Positions 33,133 through 42,721 of a stretch of 64,000 nucleotides of DNA are shown here, piece after piece (the first letter of the stretch is position 1; each line of letters opens with the position of its first letter). A program made the translations under genes and the position numbers. This DNA is from an uncultured Nitrospinota bacterium (GTDB lineage Bacteria; Tectomicrobia; Entotheonellia; J063; CAVPRW01). The notes below the pieces were generated by a model. That model did no database searches, was not told where the DNA came from, and saw nothing but the letters and a program-made list of their open reading frames with translations. The DNA is taken from contig CAVPRW010000048.1 in NCBI GenBank assembly GCA_963707985.1, positions 32,001-96,000 of the forward strand, written 5' to 3'.

Positions 33133-33212
33133 GGGTAGGGACCCCTTCCACGCGGGCGCGCGCGGCCAGATGGCTGGCGTCACGCCGCATCCCCTCACCG
33201 CGAGCCCTACCC
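33133..33212. repeat. REP-like palindrome between convergent genes
   Basis: GGGTAGGG...CCCTACCC inverted ends. Confidence 0.35.
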
Positions 33213-33533
33213 TCAGAGGATCGCGGCGGCGATGACGACGGCCATCCCAAGGATAAACGCGGCGACGACCATGGCCACCGCGGGATTGCGGTGCGTGGTC
33301 AGCTCCTCTTTGACCGACCATGGGGTGATGAGCTCATATACGTAGTAGCCGATCAGCAACAGGATCAGCCCGAGCAAGCCATAGACGATCGACGAGAGGA
33401 TGCCCGCCCAGGTCAACGCCGGCACGAAAAATCTCGGCTCAACGGGTGCTACTGACACCTCTGCTGCCATCGCTGGCACCCCCTGCCCCACCACCAGCCA
33501 TAAGAACATCCACCCCAAGAGCCATGGCGTCAT
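33213..33533 (-). CDS. DUF350 membrane protein (in frame with upstream DUF1517)
   Basis: YELITPWSVKEELTTHRNPAVAMVVAAFILGMAVVIAAAI; own GGAGG RBS. Confidence 0.8.
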   Translation of the reverse strand: MTPWLLGWMFLWLVVGQGVPAMAAEVSVAPVEPRFFVPALTWAGILSSIVYGLLGLILLLIGYYVYELITPWSVKEELTTHRNPAVAMVVAAFILGMAVVIAAAIL

Positions 33534-33584
33534 CGTCGTCCTCCCCTCCAAGATTCCACATGACCGCATCATTCTGATCGTGTG

Positions 33585-34655
33585 TGATAACCCTGAGAGC
33601 TCGGGATACTCTACAAGCAACTCGTCTTCGGTCAGGGCATCATCTGGATGCTCTGGCGACCAGATCACTTCCAGGGCCAGGAGGTCGACCGCCAGCAAGG
33701 TGCCCAGGCGCTGGAGCGTGTCCTCCATATCGTTGAGCGATGGCGTCTGGAACGCTGTAAACTTCGGGTATCCCGTGGCCACGATCAGGGTGACGACGAG
33801 ATACTGCCCCACCTCATCTGCCGTCGGACGTTCCCGCCTCGGCGTGTGTCGTCGAACGCCTTCGATGTTCGTGGTCAGCTCTTCTGACAGTTTGGCCCGC
33901 TCCTGGCTGATGGCCTGATTGAATCCACGCTCGGCCTCATCGAGGGTGCCGACCCGCTGCACGTGCACCGTGCCGTAGCGCCAATACTCGTGATATCGCC
34001 TGAGGGCCATCGTCGCCTCTTGCAAGGCGGAGGCAAGCCCGACAACGGTGTTCGTCATCGCGGTTTCGGCGTAGTGCTGCAAGTCACGTTGGAGGGCACG
34101 GGCGATGGCGAGTAAGGCGAGCTGGCAGGTCACGACGGCATAGCGCTCGCCGTCCTGGTATCCCGCCGAAGGCTGACCCGCATGGTTGCGACGGGTGTTG
34201 GACAGATGTTGTAGCAAGACTTTACCCACAAAGACGACAACCCCGAGGATGAGCAGGAATCCGAAGATCCCGCCCAGGCCGCCCCCCCCTCCGCTCACGA
34301 CACCTCCCCCCAAGGGCGTGGGCGAATAGAGCGAAGGGCCGAATCCTGGGCTGGGAACCGAGATGGGGATCGGCAGCGGGTACACTGGGCTGGGACGAGG
34401 GACAGGATACCCAAGAGAGCCACGGCCGCTGAAGGGCCGCGAGGGCATCGTACTGTGAACTGCCCCTCCCGCCATCAAACCCTCGACGCGACTGGGCGAA
34501 TCCCGCCGCCCGCCATAGCGTCCGCCACTGCTGCGCGCCCATGCCTCAGAGGTGAGGGCTAATGCGAAACAGAGCCCGATGGCCGCCGTGAGGCAGACAC
34601 GCCGTCGGTAGCGCCGATCTGGCGTCGGATCAGCATTGATCTGGTCCAGTTGCAT
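33585..34655 (-). CDS. DUF1517 (FLAP1-like) membrane protein; stop appears lost (TCA)
   Basis: ARSSGGRYGG, LQRDLQ, FNQ...ERAKLSEE, LLALEVIWSP...LTEDELLVEYPEL. Confidence 0.8.
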
Positions 34656-34705
34656 GGTGTGTCACCTCAGCCGTCGGATCCGCTCCGTCCCGATGCCGTG
34701 CATCG

Positions 34706-35401
34706 TCACCTCGCCGAGGAACCAGGCAACCCTCTCTGGACCCTCGCCTTCAGTTCCTGGAGCTCCTGCTCCACATCGACCGATCCCTCCAAGGCTCTGA
34801 AGCGTTGCTCCATCGGTTCACCGCTGAGTTCCTGTGACAGCTCCACGGTGGCCGCGGCTTGCGCCTCAACCTGGTCGACCCGCTCGGCCATCCGGTCAAA
34901 GGCCTCAAAGGCGCTGGTATCTGACAGTCCCGTCATCACTTCGTGGATGTGCTTCTGCGCCTCTGCCCGCTTCTGTCGGGCCACGAGGAGATTTTTCTTC
35001 CGTGCGGCCTCGTCGATCTTCTCACTCAGCGCGCGCAATGCCTGTTTCAGGCTGGTGGTGCTCGTCTGCTGCGCCTCCCACTGGCTTTGATAACCAGCCG
35101 CCAGCTGTTGCTGCTCGGCTTTGCGCCGCAGCGCCTCACGGGCCAAATCATCCTCTCCCCGCTGCACGGCCAAGGCGGCACGGCGGTCCCATTCACGTAT
35201 CTGCGCGAGGCTTGCCTCCAGCTGTGCTGCCAGGCGCTTTTCATCGGCGATGGCCACGGCCACTTCCCGTTTGGCCTCTAACAACTGCTGGCGCATGTCG
35301 ATGATGATTTGGTCGAGCATTTTCTCGGGATCTTCTGCTTGATTGATGAGCCCGTTGAGGTTCGACCTGATCACCATTGCGATGCGGTCCAGGATTGGCA
35401 T
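34706..35401 (-). CDS. pspA: PspA/IM30 (ESCRT-III-like) protein
   Basis: RSNLNGLINQAEDPEKMLDQIIIDM, GEDDLAREAL, AFEAFDRMAERV. Confidence 0.93.
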   Translation of the reverse strand: MPILDRIAMVIRSNLNGLINQAEDPEKMLDQIIIDMRQQLLEAKREVAVAIADEKRLAAQLEASLAQIREWDRRAALAVQRGEDDLAREALRRKAEQQQLAAGYQSQWEAQQTSTTSLKQALRALSEKIDEAARKKNLLVARQKRAEAQKHIHEVMTGLSDTSAFEAFDRMAERVDQVEAQAAATVELSQELSGEPMEQRFRALEGSVDVEQELQELKARVQRGLPGSSAR

Positions 35402-35453
35402 GAGCGCACCTCCTCTTGTCCTGGCGATCTCGTTTTTCCACACTCGCGTTCCG

Positions 35454-35828
35454 TTACTCCAGAAACGCCTTCAATTTCTGATAATCATGATTGATCGCCA
35501 ATAGCATGGCATCCAGTGTCGCTTGAAGCTCGTTCAAATCGAGATGCTCGGACTGTAATGTGTCAATCAACACGATACTGCTGCCTTCGAGGCCATAGGC
35601 CCCATGGATCAACTCTGAGGCATTGAGTTCCAGGAGCAGTCGAAAAAACGCCTCACGATTATGTTGCGGAACGTCCATGAGCTTGGCGCGAAAGATGACC
35701 AGGGGGGGAGCATAGGAGATGACGATGTTGGCCTCATCGCGCACCACCCACATGTGATTGTCGATCGCCTCATGGGGATGTCCCGTCTGGATCAGATAGT
35801 GTTCGATCTCGTCGCGTGTCGCCATCAC
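35454..35828 (-). CDS. YbjN/CesT-like chaperone
   Basis: FFRLLLELNASELIHGAYGLEG..IVLIDTL...LDLNELQA. Confidence 0.8.
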   Translation of the reverse strand: MMATRDEIEHYLIQTGHPHEAIDNHMWVVRDEANIVISYAPPLVIFRAKLMDVPQHNREAFFRLLLELNASELIHGAYGLEGSSIVLIDTLQSEHLDLNELQATLDAMLLAINHDYQKLKAFLE

Positions 35829-35989
35829 GACCCCTCCTCGTCAGATGATGTCGATAGTGCTCCCCCGGGCAAAGAAACGCTGGTGGTGGACGGCACCGCT
35901 GGGGCTGAGGCACTCATCGCATCTGATACGCAAACGTCTGCCCGCCGACGGGCCGTCCCTACGACTCTCTGTTGCTTGCCAGTCTGCTC

Positions 35990-36265
35990 TTAGCGCACGG
36001 TGCCGCGGCGGACCAGATTCACGATCGCCAGCAGGATAATGGCTCCAAGCAAGGAGACCAACAGCGATGGCAGGCTAAAATTGCTCTGATTGATGGTGCC
36101 CACCCCGAACAGCGGGGCGAGGAAAAACCCTGCCAGCAAGGCCCCAACCACCCCCACGATGATATTCAGCACGATCCCCTGCTGCGCATCCGTATGCATA
36201 ATTTTGCTGGCAAGCCACCCCAATATCCCACCCACGATCAACCAGATAATAAAATTCATGGCCAT
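35990..36265 (-). CDS. GlsB/YeaQ/YmgE transglycosylase-associated stress membrane protein
   Basis: WLIVGGILGWLAS..NIIVGVVGALLAG..SLLGAIILL. Confidence 0.9.
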   Translation of the reverse strand: MAMNFIIWLIVGGILGWLASKIMHTDAQQGIVLNIIVGVVGALLAGFFLAPLFGVGTINQSNFSLPSLLVSLLGAIILLAIVNLVRRGTVR

Positions 36266-36471
36266 ACTCCTCTCTGCGTTATGGACCTCTGTTTCCTATG
36301 ATTGACGCGACACGGAACGCGCTCCCTGCGATGAACCAGGCGGATCCCCCTCCCTCTGTGGCACCTTCCCGTGCGCGACGCCGCGTAGCGTCGTCTCACC
36401 GGTGCACCCTACTGATCACATGGCACGCGGATGCGCGCCCCTTGTTGCCCAATCAGCTCGTTTGGGCTTTC

Positions 36472-36933
36472 CTACAGCGGCGGGATGCGCAACTTCTGCC
36501 CAGGGTAGATCTTGTCAGGGTCTTTCAACATCGGCCGATTGGCCTCGAAGATCGCTGGATACTCCGCCGCATCGTGGTATTGCTCTCTGGCGATCTTCGA
36601 TAGGGTGTCCCCCCGTTGCACCGTATAGTAGGTAGCCTCGGGCGCTGGGGTCTCGACCGTGATCTGGTCGTCGACCTGTGCGATGCCTTTGGTGTTACCG
36701 ACGACGAGCACCGCTTTTTCCCGATCGGCCTGGCTCTTCGCTGTGCCCGAGACCGTGGCCACATCCCCGTTGACCTGGATCGACAAGGCCTCGACGGGAA
36801 TACCTATGTCTGTCAAGCTTTTTGTGATGGCTGCGCCGGCATCGGCCTCCCCCTTGGCGTCGCCGCCGGACGCTTCCTTGGCCTGACCGAAGATCAGTTC
36901 CCCTGCATCCTTGATAAAGTCAATTAACCCGAT
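36472..36933 (-). CDS. kbp: BON-LysM potassium-binding protein (Kbp/YgaU); start codon reads ATC
   Basis: (M)GLIDFIKDAGELIFG N-terminus, BON domain, YTVQRGDTLSKIA...IFEANRPMLKDPDKIYPGQKLRIP. Confidence 0.85.
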   Translation of the reverse strand: MGLIDFIKDAGELIFGQAKEASGGDAKGEADAGAAITKSLTDIGIPVEALSIQVNGDVATVSGTAKSQADREKAVLVVGNTKGIAQVDDQITVETPAPEATYYTVQRGDTLSKIAREQYHDAAEYPAIFEANRPMLKDPDKIYPGQKLRIPPL

Positions 36934-36999
36934 GGCATTCTCCTCTTCGAGAGCACTCCTGTTGAGAACATGGACGACATCCGTGCTGCCTACCAGTGA

Positions 37000-37153
37000 G
37001 AAGCTGTCTGGAAACCAATGTCTGATAAATCAACTGTTTAGAAATCTCTAAAAGCATGGCAAGAGACTGATTATCCAGTAAGTTCGCTCTTTGCCTTGTC
37101 CCTTATATGACATAAGGCCTTCTCTTATCAAGGCTTTATTTCCAGATAGCCTC
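37000..37153. mobile_element. 154-bp AT-rich MITE with IS5 (IS1031-like) ends
   Basis: TIR GAAGCTGTCTGGAAA / TTTCCAGATAGCCTC (13/15); TGA target duplication at 36997-36999 and 37154-37156. Confidence 0.75.
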
Positions 37154-37208
37154 TGAGAGGCTCTAGGCACACGGCAGCTCGATGTGGTGGTCGGGGGGCG
37201 AGCCATGC

Positions 37209-38294
37209 TCACGCTGTGACGATGCCGTTGAGCTTGCGGCGCAGCTCGTCGATCAACGGCTTGATCGTGTCGCCGACGGCTGGCATGGCCATGACCGAGT
37301 TGATGGCCGGCATCAGCTTCGCGCTGGAGTCTTTGACGAGTGCAACCAACCTGGCACGGGCGTCAGCGGGCAGCTGGTCTATCACGACGCGCATGGAGTC
37401 TAACCTGGTCGACAACTCGCGGAGCTTCGGCACGGCTGCCTCGGCCGAAGCCGCGTCCTTGATGCCCGCGAAGGTGTTTGTCGCCGACAGGAAGAAATCG
37501 TTGACTTGCGCCGTTAGGTTGATGGTCTGGGGTACAGTGGCGGTTTGCTGTGGAGCTCTCATGCTACCGCTCCACCACCACAGCAACCCCGCCAGTATCA
37601 CCACGGCCAGCACCGGCAGTACCCAACGCAGCGCAGATGCGCCAGTCGCCGCGCTGGCTCGGGCAGCTCCGGCAGTCTCTGACACAGCGGCGCGCCCGGC
37701 TTGGTATGTCGAGCCGACGGTGCCACGGGCCCATGCGGCGACACCACTCATGCCCTGGACATCCTCCAAAGCGCTGCCGAGGCCGCTAGGCATGGCATCG
37801 ACAATATTCTGCTTCTGATCCGCCAACAGCGTGGCAACCCCATCGGCACCCATGCCCTGCGTGCGGTTCTTGAGGGTGCCAAGCACGATCGGGGCGAGCA
37901 AGCTCAGTAGCGACGAGATCTTCCCACTATCCATCCCAGTCAAGCGGCTCAGGATACCGCTAAGGCTGGAGACTATCCCGCTGCCAAAGAGCGAGCCGAG
38001 AAGGCCGTTCCCCAAATTGAGGAGGGACGTTCCACTCCCACTGAGTGACTGAGGAATATTGTCTAGTGCACCTGTATCGAAACTGTTCAATGTCGACTGG
38101 ATGTTCTGAGCACCGTCGCGGCTCGATGCGGTGCTGCCCAGTGCAGCCAATAGCGTGGGCACAGCGGCGTTCACCGCGCTGTTGGCGGTGGTTTGATTGG
38201 TTTCCAGAAGCTCGGGCAACTTGGCGAGGAGACCACCGGCGAGCTGATTCTTCACGAGGTCAACGAGGTTCAAATGCTGATCTCCGGGGTTCAT
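37209..38294 (-). CDS. DUF937 domain membrane-anchored protein
   Basis: AVPTLLAAL, GNGLLGSLFG, SLLSLLAPIVLG, LADQKQNIVDAMPSG; TM helix. Confidence 0.8.
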   Translation of the reverse strand: MNPGDQHLNLVDLVKNQLAGGLLAKLPELLETNQTTANSAVNAAVPTLLAALGSTASSRDGAQNIQSTLNSFDTGALDNIPQSLSGSGTSLLNLGNGLLGSLFGSGIVSSLSGILSRLTGMDSGKISSLLSLLAPIVLGTLKNRTQGMGADGVATLLADQKQNIVDAMPSGLGSALEDVQGMSGVAAWARGTVGSTYQAGRAAVSETAGAARASAATGASALRWVLPVLAVVILAGLLWWWSGSMRAPQQTATVPQTINLTAQVNDFFLSATNTFAGIKDAASAEAAVPKLRELSTRLDSMRVVIDQLPADARARLVALVKDSSAKLMPAINSVMAMPAVGDTIKPLIDELRRKLNGIVTA

Positions 38295-39109
38295 AGCACT
38301 CCTTCTCCTTATTTCAACCAGGTCCAGTGACTATCGTGTCGTGTGCTTTCCAAATGACGAGGATGTTGGGTTTGGTCGACTGAGCCACGGCCGCGCTCGG
38401 CCCAAGCACTCCCGTGGCCACGAGGAGCAACAGCGACAGCAGGCGTACGAGCATAGGCACTCCTTTCCATTGTGAGTGGCTCATACCCCAGCAAACACTC
38501 GGGGCGATGGACCCGTGTCCACATCACGGTCTCAACGGCCCGGCGCGCGAGGTGGATCCCATCGGCTATTGGGCGGCTGAGACGGACATGTTTTCGCATC
38601 ATAGCCCAAAGACGGATCTTCTATGTCGAGAATGTCGGCCTCATGGCCCGTGGCAAGCGACGACCTGAGGAGGGGTTCAGGCGAGTCGGCGCCATGCCCC
38701 ACCGGTGTACAGGAGGTATTGGCCCGCTTGGTCTGGATAGAGCGTGATCGGTGCTACCAGTTGTTCGATCTCTTCCGGCCTGAACGCCGCCGCCGACACC
38801 CTTTATGGACCGAGACGGTCGCGGCAGATACGGAGCGCAAACAAGAGGTCTGCGATGAGCGCCTCCTGGTCACGGTTATAGCGCACAAAGTCTGGAAAGA
38901 CCGCAGCCAACACCGTGATTAACGCGTGCGTGACCGATCGCCAGGAGGGGACCCCGACAAAGGCTGCCTTCAGCCCTGTGGATGTGCCGAACGTATGATT
39001 CGGCAGCCCATGCACAGGTTGAAGCCGCTCTTTCACCACGTCAGTCATCATCCCTCAGCTCTCTAGCGGCGGATCGACTTGCGCCGGCAGCGGCCAGAAT
39101 TTGCCGGCC

Positions 39110-39760
39110 ATGGCTCCCGCCCCGGCGTGTGTCGTTGCACGCCTTCGATATTCGTCGTCAATTCTTCTGACAGTTTAACCCGCTCCTGGCCGATGGCGTA
39201 ATTGAAGGCGCGCTCGGCCTCATCGATGGTGCCATGCCCCTATGCGCGCACCATGCCGTACCGCCAATACTCGCGATAGCGTCTGATGACCATCGTGGCC
39301 TCGGGCAACGCCGAGGCCACGACGGTGTTCGTGGTCGCTGTTTCGTCGTAGGGTTGCAAGTCACGTTGCAGGGTGCGGGCGGTGGCGAGCAAGGCGAGTT
39401 GGCAGATCACGACGGCGGAGCGCTCACCGCCCCAAGACTCCGACGAGGGCTGACCCGAGCGGTTGCGACGGGCGTTGGAGCGGTTTTGGCGCAAGACTTT
39501 GCCCACCAAGGCGACGATCCCTAAGGATGCGTAGGAATCCAAAGAACCGGCCCAGGCCGCCCTCCCCTCCGCTCACGATGCCTCCCCCCGAGGACGTGGG
39601 CGAATAGGGTGAAGGGCCGAAGCCTGGGCTGAGGATCGGATACCGCAGAGAGCCACGGCCACTGTAGGGCCGCGAAGGCATCGCACAGACGGCGGTGGCA
39701 TATACTTCCAGGCTCCTTGCCCTGTCACTGCGACGGCAAGGGCAATGCCAGTGATGGCCA
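39110..39760 (-). pseudogene. Decayed second copy of the DUF1517 gene
   Basis: Clear nucleotide similarity to 33830-34450 (CQLALLATARTLQRDLQ) with indels. Confidence 0.8.
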
Positions 39761-40132
39761 TTGAGGGTGCGATTAACCATGAGGTTCAACGGGCACAGGT
39801 CTGGCAGGCCGTGTGCGGCGTGCACTAGCGGCTGGGGGCAAACTAGGTCCCGCCTGGGGAATAGGCGAGCGGGGACGACACCTCAACCCATGAGACGAGA
39901 TTTCGACTTCTGCCGCTTGGCACACCGTGGCGATGCCTCTTGCGGGGCACCGAGACCGCACGGTGCACTGGCTACGACGCTTGCCCCGAAGGGCATCACG
40001 CTGCTCAATGCACTGGCGGGAGCCGGCATGCAACTGCACCACGTCTCGCCGTATATCGTCTTGCTCCTGGGCCATTCGCGGCGGTGAGGTGTGCACGATG
40101 GGCCAATGCGAGGGGATGAGAAGCACGGGAGC

Positions 40133-41333
40133 TCAGGGCTGTCGCTCGATCCCGAGTTTCTTCATGCGTGAGTACAGGGTGCTGGGGTGGAGCCCCAAGC
40201 GCTCCGCCGCCTGCCCCTCACCTTTGATGTGCCCGTGGCACGCCTCCAGGACGGCCAGGATATGGGCACGCTCGACCGTCTTCGAGCTGCTGCGTGGACG
40301 GGAGGCTGGTGTCCAACAGCTCACCAAAACCCAGCGCCTCGTCCACGACGAGGGTGGCACCCGGCGAGAGGATGATGGCGCGTTCAATCACATTCGCCAA
40401 CTCTCGGATGTTGCCAGGCCAGTGATAGGCCGTGAGCGCCGCCATCGCCCGCTCCGGAATGCGCTCGATCGACTTGCCCAGCTTGCTCTGGCCCTTGGCG
40501 ATGAAGTACCACACCAGGAGTGGGATGTCGTCACGACGCTCCCGCAGCGGCGGCAGCGTCACAGGAAAGACGTTGAGGCGGTAATAGAGGTCTTCCCGAA
40601 ACTGACCGGTGACCACCTGCTGGACCAAAGGGCGGTTGGTGGCGGCAATGACACGCACATTCACGGTGATGGTCTGCACCGACCCCAGGCGCTCGAATGC
40701 GCCGTCCTGCAGCACGCGCAGCAGCTTGGCCTGCAAGTCCAGCGGCAACTCCCCGATCTCATCCAGGAAGAGTGTGCCCCCATCCGCGAGTTCGAAGCGC
40801 CCCATCTTGCGCGTGAGCGCCCCCGTGAAGGCGCCCTTCTCATACCCGAAGAGCTCACTCTCGATTAGCGTGGGGGGTAAGGCCGCGCAGTTGACTTTGA
40901 CCAGCGGCCGGTCCTGGCGCGCACTATGGTGGTGAATGGCCCGCGCGATGAGCTCCTTACCCGTGCCCGTCTCCCCCAAGATCAACACTGTGGCATCGGT
41001 AACTGCCACCTGCTCGACCTGATGCAGCACGCGCATCAAGGCCGGACTGTGACCGACGATCTCCTCGAACGCGTAGTCGCGCGTCATCTCCTGGTGGAGC
41101 TCGACCCGCTCCGCCTGCAGCTGCTCGTGCAGCTGCGCCACTTCGGCGCGTGCCTGGTGCAGCGCCGCTTCGGCCTGCTGGCGCGCCTCAATTGCCTGCT
41201 GCAAGGCCGCCTGGACCTGGGCATGCTCTAACGCCGTGGCCAGGTCGCGGGTGGCGTCGGTGAGCGCCGTCACCTTCGCGGCCCCGTCCGGCAGCAGCTT
41301 CGCCGCTTGGGGCTCTGGGGTCTGTGGAACCAT
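40133..41333 (-). CDS. Sigma-54 enhancer-binding protein (AAA+ and Fis HTH), frameshift near 40270
   Basis: [43 protein letters not shown]. Confidence 0.9.
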
Positions 41334-41492
41334 AGAGGCGCGATCGCGCGTCGCCGCGCCGTCCCGCCCAAACGTCAGTGAGATCCCTCGGCTCAGCCCG
41401 CGACCGACCCCCCTGAGCAAGGCTACTTGGCGTGTGAGTGGCATCGTCTTCCTCCCCGTGCGTGGACCAGCGTTTGCGTTGACCCCTGCGGT

Positions 41493-41921
41493 TTATGAGG
41501 GGGTGGACCGGGGGCAGACTCGCGGTGAGACGTATCGCTCGCCCCGCAGTGCGGCATGGGTGGCGGGGACCAGCTCCTCACCTGCCGTGAGCTTCAGCAC
41601 GTAACCCAAGACGCCGGTAGCGAATGCTTTCTGCACCATCTCTGACTCGTTGTGGACGGTCACAAACACGATGCGTGCACGAGGATTCCTCTGCAGGATC
41701 TCGCCCGCAGCCGCCATGCCGTCGAGGACCGGCATGGCGATGTCGGTGACGATGACATCTGGTGTGAGCGTTTCGGCTGCGGCCACGAGCCCATTGCCAT
41801 CGCCGACGGTCGCGATGACGTCGAACTCCGGCGCCAGCACCGCCCGTAGGTCTTCAGCAACCGCCGGATGATCATCGGCTAAGAGGACTCGTGCACCCGT
41901 CTTGGCTTTCCTGTTCACCAT
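41493..41921 (-). CDS. Single-domain response regulator (REC)
   Basis: LLADDH, DVIVTDIAMP, GYVLK. Confidence 0.88.
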   Translation of the reverse strand: MVNRKAKTGARVLLADDHPAVAEDLRAVLAPEFDVIATVGDGNGLVAAAETLTPDVIVTDIAMPVLDGMAAAGEILQRNPRARIVFVTVHNESEMVQKAFATGVLGYVLKLTAGEELVPATHAALRGERYVSPRVCPRSTPS

Positions 41922-42085
41922 ACTGACCTCTCCTGCGCAATGGGCTCATGTCTATGTAGGAATGTAGAGGAATTGGACGGTGGGGCACCATTCGGAAAGT
42001 TACGGGGAAGCGAATCCGAAAAAACACTGGGGGCACAGCTCCGGAAAAATACGGAGGAACGTGCGCTAGAAGCCATGAAACCACG

Positions 42086-42721
42086 TTAGCCGGCGACGAG
42101 CCCCAGTTGGATGGCGTAGCGGACCAGCCCGGCGGTGCTATCCACCCCCAGCGCTCGCATCATCTCGTATTTGTGGGTCTCCACGGTACGCGTGGACAGC
42201 TGCAGGGTGGCGGCAATCTCCTTCATCCGCCGACCCTCGGCGATGAGCCGCAGTACCTCAAGCTGCCGCGTTGTCAGCCGCACCGTAGGCTGAGGGGCCG
42301 GCTCCGTCAAGGTGGTGATGACGTCCTTGGTAAGCAGTGGTGTGAGATAGACCCGATCCTCTAAGACTTCATGAATCGCCCTGATCAGCTCCTCGCCCGC
42401 GGAGTGTTTCAGCACATAGCCGGACGCTCCCGCGCGTAACGCCTCAGTCGCGAGCTGCGCATCGGCGTGCATGGTCAGAAAGATGACTTTGGCGGCGATG
42501 CGTTCCACTTTGAGCTGGCGCAGCGCCTCGAGGCCACCCAACACTGGCATGGCCATGTCGGCGACGATCACGTCGGGCTGAAGCTCCCGGGCGGCCTCGA
42601 GCAACTGGCTGCCGTTGCCAACAGTGCCCACGAGGTCGAAAGACCCCCGCAACAGGGTGGCCAACCCCTCGGCAACGATGGCATGGTCATCGGCGAGCAA
42701 CACTGTCGTGCGGCGCATCAT
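42086..42721 (-). CDS. NarL/LuxR-family response regulator
   Basis: REC domain plus LTTRQLEVLRLIAEG..TVETHK HTH. Confidence 0.92.
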   Translation of the reverse strand: MMRRTTVLLADDHAIVAEGLATLLRGSFDLVGTVGNGSQLLEAARELQPDVIVADMAMPVLGGLEALRQLKVERIAAKVIFLTMHADAQLATEALRAGASGYVLKHSAGEELIRAIHEVLEDRVYLTPLLTKDVITTLTEPAPQPTVRLTTRQLEVLRLIAEGRRMKEIAATLQLSTRTVETHKYEMMRALGVDSTAGLVRYAIQLGLVAG

